NCBI GenBank assembly: GCA_025201805.1
Contig: MU619325.1
Coordinates: forward strand, 73,174 to 137,173
Length of the DNA: 64,000 nt
Direction: 5' to 3'
Source: Parasitella parasitica NRRL 2501
Taxonomy: Eukaryota > Fungi > Mucoromycota
Shown here: positions 1 to 14,506 of the stretch, one piece after another
Position numbering within the stretch: the first letter of the stretch is position 1
Layout: each line of letters starts with the position of its first letter
Program-made: the position numbers and the translations under genes
Notes under the pieces: generated by a model
The model's input: only the letters and a program-made list of their open reading frames with translations
Told to the model about the DNA's origin: nothing
The model's database searches: none

Positions 1-320
1 TGAGCGGCGGCAAGTCTCTTCTTGACATCAGGGATCATTTGATGTGTCTCAGCAAGAACCTCTTTCTATGTTTACCATCAATAAGATATCTTACATCTTG
101 CATTAGCATACACTTGCCTGCTTACTAATGTCGGCTTCGTCTGCATTTTCCTCGATAAGTTTATCAATACGCTTTTGCTGTGTTACAGCTTCTTTTAAAT
201 AGCCATAGTATTCCCTGTTGATTCTGTCATGAACATGTTAATACAAAACTCACAGCCCGAGATCAGAGCATATTACCTCTTGAGAACGTTGGTTTTGATC
301 TTTAGGGGAGTGAGGGACAT
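1..320 (-). CDS. RBL2: Tubulin-binding cofactor A (TBCA/Rbl2), 3' end outside window
   Basis: Manual splice gives MSLTPLKIKTNVLKR/INREYYGYLKEAVTQQKRIDKLIEENADEAD../KEVLAETHQMIPDVKKRLAAA, typical of TBCA. ATG at 318-320; short GT-AG introns. Confidence 0.85.
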
Positions 321-671
321 TTGTATGGTATACAGTATTTATGAGAAAAGACGTGTTTTGATTTAGAGGCTGATGCCATTTCTTTTACTTTCTGCGTTTT
401 ATTAGTCCGATCCTGAATCAGAACATCCATATATCAAGAAACAGAAGTTCATACCAAATTATACGCAAATAGATAACCAAAAAGCCTTGTCTGAAAGAGT
501 TGTGGGTCACCGATGTCTCATCTTATAAAGTTATAGTAAATCATCAATTCTCTAGTGTCTAAAAATTCTTTGATGTTGGAATGAATGCAATAGTTTCATT
601 GATGCATTTTATTGGTATATATCGAGTTGGCTTTTATTTGTTGTGAAAGCAATGAGCCCAAGAATCGAACT

Positions 672-3600
672 CTATTTTGCTGCAGAGGATTTTACTCTGG
701 TAGATCGTTTGGGCAGTGTAACAGTTTCTTCCTGAGGATTTGCTTCTTTGACGAGAGCCTATAAGAACAATAATGTGAGCACAAGATTTTTTGACATTTA
801 CAAAGAAAAATCCTACAGCTGCCCGTTTCTTGAAAGATTCAAAAATATTTGGTTGTTGTTTCAACAATTCGGCCTTTAGTTTCTGTTCTCTAAACCCCTT
901 TGGATTTAGCCAAGTCAGTAGCTGCTCAATCTCTTCGGGCTCAGAGTAATATTTCCACCAACCGCGATAATCACTTGGATGCGGCATAGACAATTCACTC
1001 ATACGCTTATCAAGCCATTTGCTTTCTTCCACAAAACCTTGCTCTTGCATTAGCTTTATGATAAACCAGCGACCACCACCGTACCCCCAAGCGCGATCAG
1101 TAAAATTGCCTGTGTCAAAGTCTCTCTCCATCATCATTTGAATATCAATGTCTGTAGGACTACTGACGTACAGTCTACCAGTGCCATATGTATCCGATAC
1201 ACCCACATTATCCAAATAAATATAACGATTGTTGAAACGGTCTTTGCCTAGAGGACGAATTCGCAATGTCATATAACGTCTCATATTCTTCTCTAAATGA
1301 TCCTCCTAGAAAGAGGTCAGTATATACTAGAATAAGATATTTTACAACTACCTTTCTCTTGATGGTCCTTTCATCCTCTTCCAATTTTCTTCTTTCGTTC
1401 ATTTTGGTGCGATGCTCCTGGTTTTTAACTTTTGCTATCTGACGCTGTTCGGCATATTGTTTCTTACGCTGAATCTCCCTTTCTTCTCGTTCACGTTGTT
1501 TTTGTTTGAGCTTTTCTTGTCGCGACATTTGTTTACGTTTACGGCTTGCTAACCGAGTTTCAGAGCTATTCAATAAGTTAGTCCCGGTACGTACTGTGGG
1601 CGGAGTCATATTTACGAATCGCTTTCTATTTCAGAATCTTCATTGGAATTATCGCTATCTTCAGATGCTGATCCCTCTTCTTCGTTTTCATTATTATCAT
1701 CCTCCTCCCCTGATTTTTCAGTCTTATCACGCTTGTCCATTTCAATTCGCCTTGCAGCCCTGAGTACCTTATTAAAAAATCAAAATCACAATGCGAATCC
1801 TCTTTTACTTACAATGCCTTTGATTCCTTGTTCAGCTCCACCTTGTGTTTTCGGAACTCTGTTAACTGATCTTGACAATAGTCCATGTAATTTCTATAAA
1901 CTATGATATCAGCATTTATCCCATCACTAAATTACTGAAATTTACTTGATCACTGTAGATTCATTGACAACGTTGACAAGAAACTCCAAGATGTCCAGCT
2001 TTTGCTTGACAGCCAATGTGGGATACTGCTTCTCTCTGTCTGCCGCCGATGAATTCAGTTTAGGATTTAAATGACGCAGGAGCTCGTCGATGTTTGGGAG
2101 CAGTTCAGGTGTAGCAATGTCATTTATACATCCAATTAAGGTTGTTTCCCATCCACGACGATCATAGTTTGCCCGCAATTCTTTGTTGTCCCATTTCTGA
2201 GCAAACCGTAAATGATCTTTGTCTCGCCATCCTCTTTCAATCTTTGGTAAAAGAGCTGATTCTGGCTTCAACTTGGAACCTCCTTGCTTAATGTTGTCAT
2301 CACTCTCTTCGTCGCTCTCGTCGTCACTTTTCTCTAATGACTCGAGGTAATTCTCTAAAGCATCTCCATTGATAATTTCGTTGGATGTGTTGTCCTTACG
2401 CTCTTTAATAATGACATTGAGCAAACAGGCATTGTATTCGACTAGTACGGCTGCTTTCGGTTGATGTGTTTGATGGAATAAAGCTTTTTCAAATTCATCC
2501 ACGCTGTAAGCTGTCAACTTGAGAGGCTCTGCAAACACGGTAAGGAATGCCCAAGTAGATATGAATGTGTCGAAAAGCTCAGCTGGTATAGAAGAATCAT
2601 GATGGGGTATAGGGCGTCCTGATCTGCCACCGGTAGGATAAGGTATGATGCCATCCCTTGAAACGTATCTTTGAGGGGACATGTCAATCAAGGCCCAATT
2701 ATTGTTGGGATCTTTGCGATAAATTGGGAGATCTAAATCTTCGACTGGGTATTTCACTGCTGCTTGCTTCTTTCTTTCTATGCGAAGCCTGTCCCGTTCC
2801 TCTTTCATTTTAGCCTTTTGAAGTAGTGTTTCCTCTCGGCGTGCTTGTTTTTCAGCTTCTTTCTCATCTGGCGTTTTGTAACTATTTGCAATTTTACGTC
2901 TTTTTGAAGGGATATCAAATACTTGGTTTTGAAATTTCTCTAGGTAGGGTGGTAATGCTGTTTCAATGCCGTACATGGTTGCAGTAGAAGGCTAAAAGAC
3001 AAATGAATTTCATGTTGAAAACTTTGACGTTTCTCCTTCTTTCTTTTTTTTTTATTTTACCTTGATTAGCCACGGTGAATAGACATAATTCTCTCTGTAG
3101 CAGCAATCACGAATGAAGCACTGTACATTATATCTATTGAATAGTTGACCGTCTCGAATAAACGTCGGTCCCTCGACTATACGGGTCAACTTCTCCAAAG
3201 GCCTTCCATCTTCATCTAGCAATTGCACCTCGTACCGATACTCTGTAACAAACTCTTCTCTTTCGCTGGTAGCTGGCACCGCGTCTGGTGGTGTGCTATT
3301 AAAGTGTTGTGGTGCAGGGTGTAAGAATGCGTCAGGAAATCGTAATCTTCCATTGGCTTGTCGTGGAACATTAGCATCATCGTTTTGATTTTCTGAATTT
3401 GAATTAGCAGCATAATTGATGTTGGCATTGGATAAAACTTGGACAGGGACTATATCAAGTATTCTGGCAATATAGCTAATGAAAAAAGATAAATGAAAAA
3501 AAGATAATACGCAGAACTACAATACGATACATACTCGTAGTTGCTCAAATGACATCGCAGCACTTCACCTATAACGAAATGGTTGCAAAAATATGAATAG

Positions 3601-4035
3601 ATCTGATCAACCAAATCATCAATATGCAGTGTTTCTATTCAATTTGTAAGTTGCAATACCAAGTAATCAAGCAAATGACTACTTACGAAATTGCACCTTG
3701 TTGAGAATGCTTTTACGTAGCACTTCAGGGAAAAGGTATTCTGCTCTATCATGCTCATTTTTTTCGCTTTCAAGTGCTTGCTCATAAGTCAGGTTTGTTC
3801 TCCCAGTTCTTTCGCATTCCCATATAGCTTGATGATATAATGTTAGTTTATTAATATACGACCTAGTTGTATGTGTGTTAACAATTGGTTTTTACATGAA
3901 TTAAGTTGAAACTCACTCATAATCTTTAAAAACTTCATTCGTAGAACGAAGATACCAAACTTCCTTACTTTGACGTTTCGGATTCAATGATATATTTAAT
4001 GTAGCTGGTACTCTTTTTTTGTTCAATAATGGCAT
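672..4035 (-). CDS. ITC1: ISWI chromatin-remodelling accessory subunit (Itc1/ACF1/BAZ1A-like; WAC, DDT, WHIM, WSD domains)
   Basis: N-terminal MPLLNKKRVP..EVWYLRSTNEVFKDY..WECERTGRTNLTYEQALESE (WAC); KYPVEDLDL followed by a DDT-like segment in ORF 1942-2976; RIRPLGKDRFNNRYIYLD and WLNPKGFREQKLK in ORF 634-1284. Multi-exon; last exon ends KSSAAK* at 672. Confidence 0.85.
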
Positions 4036-5672
4036 GGCTGCAGTTTATAAAAGAGTGGGGGAAAAAGGGAAAAGAGAAAAAAAAAAGTAATCGCGTATCA
4101 CACATATTTTTAGTTTTTTGAAAGATTTTTTCTCGGCATCATCCAATTGATGTACGGTGCGGCTAGTAAATTTTGTCTATTGTGATGCGTTGTTCAATCA
4201 GATCAAAATTTGAACAAGGTGGACATCTCTACTGGTCAGTTAGATGTATGCAAGCATAGACCAAATAAAAAGATTCGAGTTTTGAGTGATCTTTGAGCTG
4301 GGGAAAAAGACACCAGTAGCAGGTTTTAGGATCAAGCCAATCTGAAAGTACATCATGGAAATGTAGTCGAAAAGATTAGGATGCAATGACAACAAGCTTA
4401 AACCCATCAAAATAAGGACTACAGATTATTTTAGCAAGGTTAAGAGGGTAAAAATTTATTTCAATATACTCAAGAACAATAGTGGAGTGATCATTGATGT
4501 TGAAAAAATAGGTATAATGGTGAACTATTAGCATGATCCATGCCTATATTATATTTGGGTTGCCAATCTTTTGGCAGAGGAAGCTGTTATAGTATGCCTG
4601 CTGTGAATTCAATTGTCAAATTTTACATCTCTTACTTGCAAGCCTTGTAAAGTGATTTAAATAGAGACAATGAAAAATGGATGATCAGTGAAATGAAATA
4701 CTAGCCATCATGATGAGAATTTTGTTCTCTGTGGTATTTGTCAATGTTAGACTTGAGAATCAGCCATAACAGTGACCAGTTAGAGCAAAATTTTGTGAAT
4801 TGCGTTGATCTCAGCAACAGAAGCTTGAAAATCAGTAGCAGATGGTACCAATTCATAAAAACTTATGTTCTGAATATTACCTTTAAAATATAATGTTGAG
4901 ACACAGTTGTCATGACAACAGTTCCTGATCGGATCTAACTAAAATGTCGCCGATAATTCTATCATAAAAAAGATTAATCATGAAATATCTTGCCTAAGAA
5001 ACCAACTATTTAGGTTCTGCTTATTCTGAATTACGAAACTAAGCTTATTGATATATGGTTCACATGCATAATGTTTAGCTGATCAAATATAAATAGGTCT
5101 TGCTCTGATTAATACCATGTAAAAGTCTTGTCTGGCAATTAAATGTTACTTGTGTTCATTGGTTGATTCATGTGAATTTAGTTTATATAAATAGACAAAT
5201 CCTTTCAATCCATAACATCATTATTTTTGTATCTACAAAATTAATAGTCTTTGTTATTTTCTCGTTCCTGTTGATATATGAATAGAAACGCTTTTATTCC
5301 ATAGCGCTGCTGAGTTGTCACTAAGTTTTCCAAGTTCAACCACGCCTTTACAGTTTCTTTAGTAGAAATTATGCGGAAAAGTGTTTGAAATTATTATAGA
5401 AATCAAATCTATTTCCGCATATAACTACAAAAAAAAATATCTTTCTTTTTTTGTCATGTAATTATCAGCCAATGCTGAATTATATTTTACAATCAAATAA
5501 TTTACTCTTTAGATGAGCTATATTGATTTCATGTATGGTTTCAAATCAAGTCTCATCATCCATGATGATGATTCACGCATCTAATTCAACCTTTAAAAAC
5601 CTTCATGAACAATTCAGTCTGCTAGGGACACCCCAATCCACGTGATTTCATATTTTACACTCCGACACCAAA

Positions 5673-5836
5673 AACGCGAAGGTGTTTTTGCAGATAACTT
5701 TTGATAGAGACATTGCCCAGTGGAACCCAAGTTATGTTCATATAGCGATGATCATGCCTGTTCTTATGGCGCATAAGATGGTGTTTATTTTGCTTTTTAT
5801 GGAAGCCTAACATTGACTATATGCAATCCTGATATG
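5673..5836 (+). repeat. Dispersed repeat, copy 1 (copy 2 at about 53568-53738)
   Basis: gataacttttgatagagacattgcccagtggaacccaagttatgttcatatagcgatga here versus gataaattttgatagacacattgccgagtggaaaccaagttatgctcagatagcgatga at about 53590. Confidence 0.8.
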
Positions 5837-8272
5837 AAAATTTGTGATATCATCTGATAAATTTATAGATATCAATGTTTTCATGGATACCAATGTTGTT
5901 TCCAGGTAGGGCCAAGTCAATGCTAAGTTTTCCAAGTTAGATTTCGGTTCTACGGTCATTTTAGCAAAAGTTGTGAGCAAATTTGTGAAATTATGTAAAA
6001 AAAAATTAGAAATTCTTTAAAATACTCGGAACCTTACTGCGAAGTTGGCATGCGAATGCCGATTTTTTAGCATTCTTCTAAACACATAAATACGTCGAAT
6101 GTGTCTGTAGATTCATATTTTTCTTCTTCCTCCCTACATAGATTCAACCTGCCGATTCCAATAGATATCTTGACTACGGTGCAACTAACCCTAATGTTAG
6201 TACGACAATTAAGCCATTATTGACCAGTACTAATTGAATCGGTGAATCATCAATCAATGCTGATAAAGTAGTCAATGTATTGTATTTTGCTGTTGTGTCA
6301 TGTCTTGAAAATGAGCACTTCAGCAGGTGATTGTTTATAATAAAAGAATATAGGAAAGTAATAAGGACTTAATTTACCAGATACAAGAAGCTGTCTATTT
6401 ATAATAAAATATATATGTACTGTATATGAATCAATCTATAAAATTCATGCTTGACATTTGATTGTCAAATAGGATTATACGCCGTAGTAGTCAGAGCAAA
6501 TACCTATCTCCATATTTAATTAGCACGTCTGAGTGTATATCACTTGGTATTTATCATAGCATATATATCTATATATATAGTATGTCTATTGTATTACACA
6601 TATTGTACAAGTCTGTAGTATCTAATGTATCTCTAGCTGGTATTATGGATATATAAGTATTTGTCTTGTAATGCGTGTTTGGAAACTGGAAATACACAGC
6701 ATAACCTTATATATGGCATAAGCCCGTAGCATATACTAAATCTAGTAAATGTCTCAGGCTCGTGTCGATGTATAAGTATAAGCCTATCCTAATGGTGCCA
6801 TATCTAGCCTATTTCTTATATAATATAAATCTATGTTTTATATCTTATTAACTGTGCACATATGTAGCTTATCTCAATTTAAGGTAACTGGATGAATCTA
6901 GAAGTGGAGTGTAGATTATTATAGTGAATGTATCTCACAGTATCAAACTTTAAAGCTGTTTATATTCATTTCTTATATGAAATTGCTGTTTTTCTAGTAA
7001 TAACTTTGTTTATATGGATTTTTTTGAGCTTATAAATGCATGTAAACGAACATTTGGTCAAACTGCTAATTATTTGTTTTTCTAATGTTAAAGCAATAAG
7101 ATAGCAGCAGGAAAACCATTTTTTTCTCCATCATCATTTATCCACAATGAAGTTTATAATGTAACATTTAACTACCACAACGTAGCAATTTTGTAATAAT
7201 TATATAAAATTAGTATTTTAAACTGTGGCTGGTTTCGACATTGTGTGATGATAAATTAATATCTCTTCACAATATGGCTTTGGATTTACTATTAATCATT
7301 TTAAGAGTGTGAGATCCGAAATTTCTAGTATATGATGAACAACAATATCATCTATTCAAGTGATAAATAGAATAGCATACAGGAGAATATTGAACAATGA
7401 CGTATATAAATTCTAAATTAGTCATCCGTGTATTGCATATGGTGATGGTTATCAGAGTAAAACTCTATCAGTAGTTATAATTTTACAACTATTACAAACT
7501 CTCGCATAGTATTTTGGCGCTTTCATCTTTTGGTAGCATTATACACAGTAAATTGTCATGAAAAACAGAGTATAAATCGCATATAGCGCAGCGATCGTTC
7601 GTTGCTTTGATCAGATATTTACTTTTTTATGATAATGTTACTTTCAAGCAAAGGTTGGGCTTTAAAAATTAAGATTCAAGTTAATAAAGCTACATGACGA
7701 GCGCTCTTGCATTTCAATGTAGCGTCAAAATTATACGGTATATGATGAAAAGATATAAATGTATTTTAAAGAGAATACTCGCATATAACACAATGATGTA
7801 AATCAACAGATTATATTGTTTATAGTTGCATGCACCAATAAATGTTTCGAGTTATTTACTTGATTGTTTATGCATCTTCGCTACGTTTTATGCAGCCGTA
7901 GTATCAACGTGCAACAGCGTAATCAGGTACACTACTTTTTCATACATGCAATCTACACAAATTTCTTGGATACAACCAATATATCTTGCTCTTTTCAGCT
8001 CTTGATGACTTGATTTATAACAAAATACTTAAGCCAAGAACATTTTGTTTGTTTTTATCTATCTAAGAGAAGATCAAATTGATCACATGTAGGACGCTGT
8101 ACTACGGCGCTGGGATATCAAGCCATGCTTTACACGAAGCTCATAGGTCCATTTATTCTCATAACGTATACATATAAAGTCTCTTCGATTGATCGTGCTT
8201 CTTCTCTTTGTTTTTATTCATCTTCATCAGGAAACTTTTTCTCCAGCAACAACTCAAATCTATAATAACAGG

Positions 8273-8870
8273 ATGACAGATATACCCAAGTATAAAGTGG
8301 TTCTTCGTGAAGGCATCGTTGAAAATGGATTTGCTGGACCTACCGTCGGGTAAGTGTGCCTGGTGTGTATTTATTTTGCGAAAAATAACATGGTCAAAAA
8401 GTCAAGCGCTTGAAATTGAGGGAGATGATAATGGTGCCAAGATCAGTCGTTCAAGCTTGAAGCCAGAATCTACCAAAGATTACCATACTCTGTCTGGCGC
8501 TTTCTCGTACGTCATTTACATAAATTTTTATTTAGTAATGTATTAACAGGATATCAGTGAGGACCTAACTAGTATTTTCGAAATGTTAAAAGAAAAACTT
8601 CAAACATTACCACCTGACCCTGTGGGATTTCAGGACATATATGGCCTCAAGACTTCTGTGTTCTTTGGTTTGGATGATTTCCAATGGTACAATGGTTGGT
8701 TTAGTGATTAAATGAATAATCGATATGAAACTAAAACGCTATTATTAGCTATAGCTGGGAGCTGCTCTGAAGATAAACCAGATGTTCAACTAACAGAGGA
8801 ACAAAAAGAAACTTTCAAGGAAGTGGTTGACATAATTAAAGGTCTTGGTGAAAAACAAGCTCTTACTTGA
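8273..8870 (+). CDS. Small conserved fungal hypothetical protein (4 exons, about 150 aa)
   Basis: Spliced product MTDIPKYKVVLREGIVENGFAGPTV..LQTLPPDPVGFQDIYGLKTSVFFGLDDFQWYN..QLTEEQKETFKEVVDIIKGLGEKQALT*; three canonical GT-AG introns. Confidence 0.7.
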
Positions 8871-8878
8871 ATCATTTT

Positions 8879-9219
8879 TTATTTGGATTCTTCCTCAACA
8901 GCAGCTTCTTTAAGTTTTGCCAAACGTTTTCTATTTCTTTCTAATAAAACTCTCTTGACATTGGCTCTTTCTATCTCATTCATTTCAAACCAGTTGTTGA
9001 TTCTACTCATAGTGCCATTTTCATTGATAACTACATAGTGTTAGAATCAAAGAGAGCATGTTATTCAGTTATTAGTACACTCTGCTTACCGACAGGGCCC
9101 AGTTCGTTGAGTTTGTATGTATCATTGATGTCAACCTGAACAGTTTCGTCTGCTGTAGAAGGGAGAGCAAGGACGGGTTTGATGGGAACATCAGCGGGAA
9201 AAGAAGAGGAGGAAGACAT
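8879..9219 (-). CDS. Small conserved fungal hypothetical protein (2 exons)
   Basis: MSSSSSFPADVPIKPVLALP..KLNELGPV/VINENGTMSRINNWFEMNEIERANVKRVLLERNRKRLAKLKE..SK*; resembles a recalled fungal LGP.V.N.DGT.SRI.NW..M...ER family. Confidence 0.7.
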
Positions 9220-9851
9220 GGCTAATTTTGCAATAGAATTTGATATGTATTTAAGAGGCGGCTTTGCGAGTCTTGTTTGCAGAAACATGAAAGAAGGTAG
9301 TATAAATAATTTCAATGCTACGAAAATTCTTTCAAAAAATCGACTTGGAACACCACACGTAGCAATTTGAAGAGGAAGCTTTAGGTGTAACGGATTTCGC
9401 CTTATGCTTGAGAGTCTACACGTATTCATAATTTACAGAAAACGGAAACGCTTCTATAGCAATTTCGATTTTGTGAATCTAATATTATCGACATTGGAAT
9501 TAGTTTTGTTCACTGGAGCACTTCAAATATATTTTTGAGGTCTGTTGCTGTAGGGAATAAGCATGGCAATCTGTTCACCACTTTTGATACCATTTATATA
9601 GTGATCGTTATAACTATACATCATTGTCACGCATAGTACTTAACAAGACCAAGCTTCACTTTTCAATACAAACAGACAGAACGATCATAACTGCTCTAAA
9701 TATAAGGCAGACATCAAAACGCTTTTTCCGTATCCTTAACGAACGAGGACCCAAATACAGCAAGAAATTCGGGTGTCCAATTAACCTGGTTGGTCCTCTC
9801 AAATTTGATGATAAAGTGTGGTCTCCTTTTCTTTTTATTTATCTCACAATC

Positions 9852-11082
<1,231 letters not shown>

Positions 11083-11195
11083 AGCGATAGAATTTCACAA
11101 TTAGAGAAATTATCAATAAATAAAAAAATATACGATTTATTTTAAAATGAATGAAATGTTTGATCTAAAAATTATGCACAAAGGAAAGTATATGT

Positions 11196-12496
<1,301 letters not shown>

Positions 12497-12919
12497 TTAT
12501 TGTTGTAATGAAAAAGAGGTAATTGCTTCTTCAATCGACCCTTTTATAGTTGATCTCTCTTAAGGGGCTGATTAATAATATGCAGACTGTCACGACGTGT
12601 CACATATACTTTGCATTGTATTTCTAAGCATTGAGGCCTTCTACATCAGATAAGCAATCAGAACAAAGCCTAGAAGCTCTTGGCTTGTGGGGTGCCGTGG
12701 TTAGCAGCTCATCTTTGGTATTGTCACATAACCTACTGATAACCAAATATATGAAGTTATGAGAGAAAGCCCTGAAAAGTCGATATAAAGCTTTCTCATT
12801 CCAGCGGGTTGGTTTCTGTTTCCTGCTCGATAAGGCTTTATCGGATGATCTCCATGATGTTGAAGCAGATTTTACAGTCTTGATTGAGAAAATTTAATTT
12901 TGCTTGTTTAATCCTATTG

Positions 12920-13046
12920 CACATTTCATATAAATGTTGTGTCTTGACGTAAATGAGCTTCGGCTAAATGTTTACAAATCTTGGTTGACACATTTCATGT
13001 AAATGTTGTGCCTTGACCTAAATGAGCTTCGGCTAAATGTTTACAA
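12920..13046 (+). repeat. Tandem duplication, 69-bp period (58-bp conserved unit x2)
   Basis: cacatttcat(a/g)taaatgttgtg(t/c)cttgac(g/c)taaatgagcttcggctaaatgtttacaa at 12920 and 12989. Confidence 0.9.
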
Positions 13047-13752
13047 TCATTCAAGTATACAAATACAGGACGTGTTTCATTCCCCCTCCCCTTGTTTGCA
13101 AGCTTATGACAGTCTTTTCTTGATCTCATCGAGCACGCTGCAGTACCTACGTGATCATGGCAGAATTAAGTTACTGTATCTGGTTTACAGGATATCGTCT
13201 AATGCTTTCTAAAGTCGAGATTTCCTCTGCTCTTTCATCTGAACAGAAAAGAGCATTGGATGTATTAGCTCAACAAATTTCTTTGAATCACTTAAAAGAA
13301 GCCCGAATTCATTTTATCTTTAGACAAAAAATCTGCCGCAGATCCAGTTCCAAGCAGTGTTTTAAACTTTCCAATATATACCACATAAACCTAAGAGATG
13401 GATCATGTCCAATAGATGCTCTCAAAGCATCTGTTAAACTTCCGATGCAATGTTGCCATCATTAGGTACAATTGGTGTTAATATGAATATACTTTTCACT
13501 AACCCATCAGGCACGCTATACGATAAATGTGGTCTAGATTTATAAGATGCCATGATATCGCAAGATACCGCCACATGCAGACCTGGAGCATGATTCATGG
13601 CAAGACACTACACCATTGCTTTGGTGGTGACTGTACAAACCAACAAGGATTGCGTCACATTCAATCTTTATTGAACAAACAAAGGGCCTCCCCTTCTGTT
13701 TTTTTTATTTCTTGACCCCACACTACTTTTTCAACGTTTCCAAAACTCAAAA

Positions 13753-14312
13753 ATGTCTATTGCCCGTGTTGCCCTTAGCTCCATCTCCTTCAAGGTAAAG
13801 ATAAAATTGTTGAAGAAAAATGGGATACATTTCTCACAACAGTAATTGAACATATGTACTAGGCTGCTGTCCCTTCCATTGCTGCTCGCAGCTTCTCTGC
13901 CGCTGCTGTTATGCAAAAAGGTGTGTATATTACTTGGTGTGTAAAATGTAAATCATTGGGATATTAATGGGTTGTGTCTGTGCGTTTTGTTTGGGCAGAC
14001 GTTGTTCAAGATTTGTTCATCAAGGAGTTGAAGGGATACAAGCCCGCACCTGTCGTAAGTTTTAAATGATACTTTGGAAACGATCATGGAGCGAAAACTG
14101 AGTACATCAATAGGCTGCTGCTGATGAGAGTGCTGTCAAGGAATTGAAGCTTCCCACTGCCCCTGCTGTAAGTCTTTTCTGACCAAATGCCGGGAGAGAA
14201 AGTTTTGAATCAGAGCACTAAATGTTTGTGAATGTAGGCTCCCCAAGTCGATGCTGATTTATCTCAACAATTAGCTGCTTACGATGCTGAGCCCGAAGAA
14301 GCTACTCAATAA
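13753..14312 (+). CDS. ATP14: Mitochondrial ATP synthase subunit h (5 short exons, absent from the ORF track)
   Basis: Spliced: MSIARVALSSISFK/AAVPSIAARSFSAAAVMQK/DVVQDLFIKELKGYKPAPV/AAADESAVKELKLPTAPA/APQVDADLSQQLAAYDAEPEEATQ*; presequence plus D.VQDL...EL..YKP motif. Confidence 0.85.
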
Positions 14313-14506
14313 ACAACAAATGCGAAATAATTGAAATCTTGAATATAAATTGAAGAGAGTATAGAAAATATATATACGGAAATATCCCTTTTTATGTAAA
14401 AGATATCGCCCTCAAGCACGAATAAAATAAAATAAAGTGTGTGTGTATAAGTACGTACATAAACCAAGACGTGAGAAGCAGCAATTTTCACGCTCTTTTT
14501 TCTTTT

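Noticed and set aside
12920-13046. Repeat-spacer-repeat pattern as CRISPR, SECIS or ribozyme
   Set aside because: Only two units with an 11-bp linker in a eukaryote; lacks the SECIS quartet context and hammerhead core.
13151-13715. Short ORFs upstream of ATP14
   Set aside because: No recognisable family and no consistent splice model; perhaps a decayed fragment.
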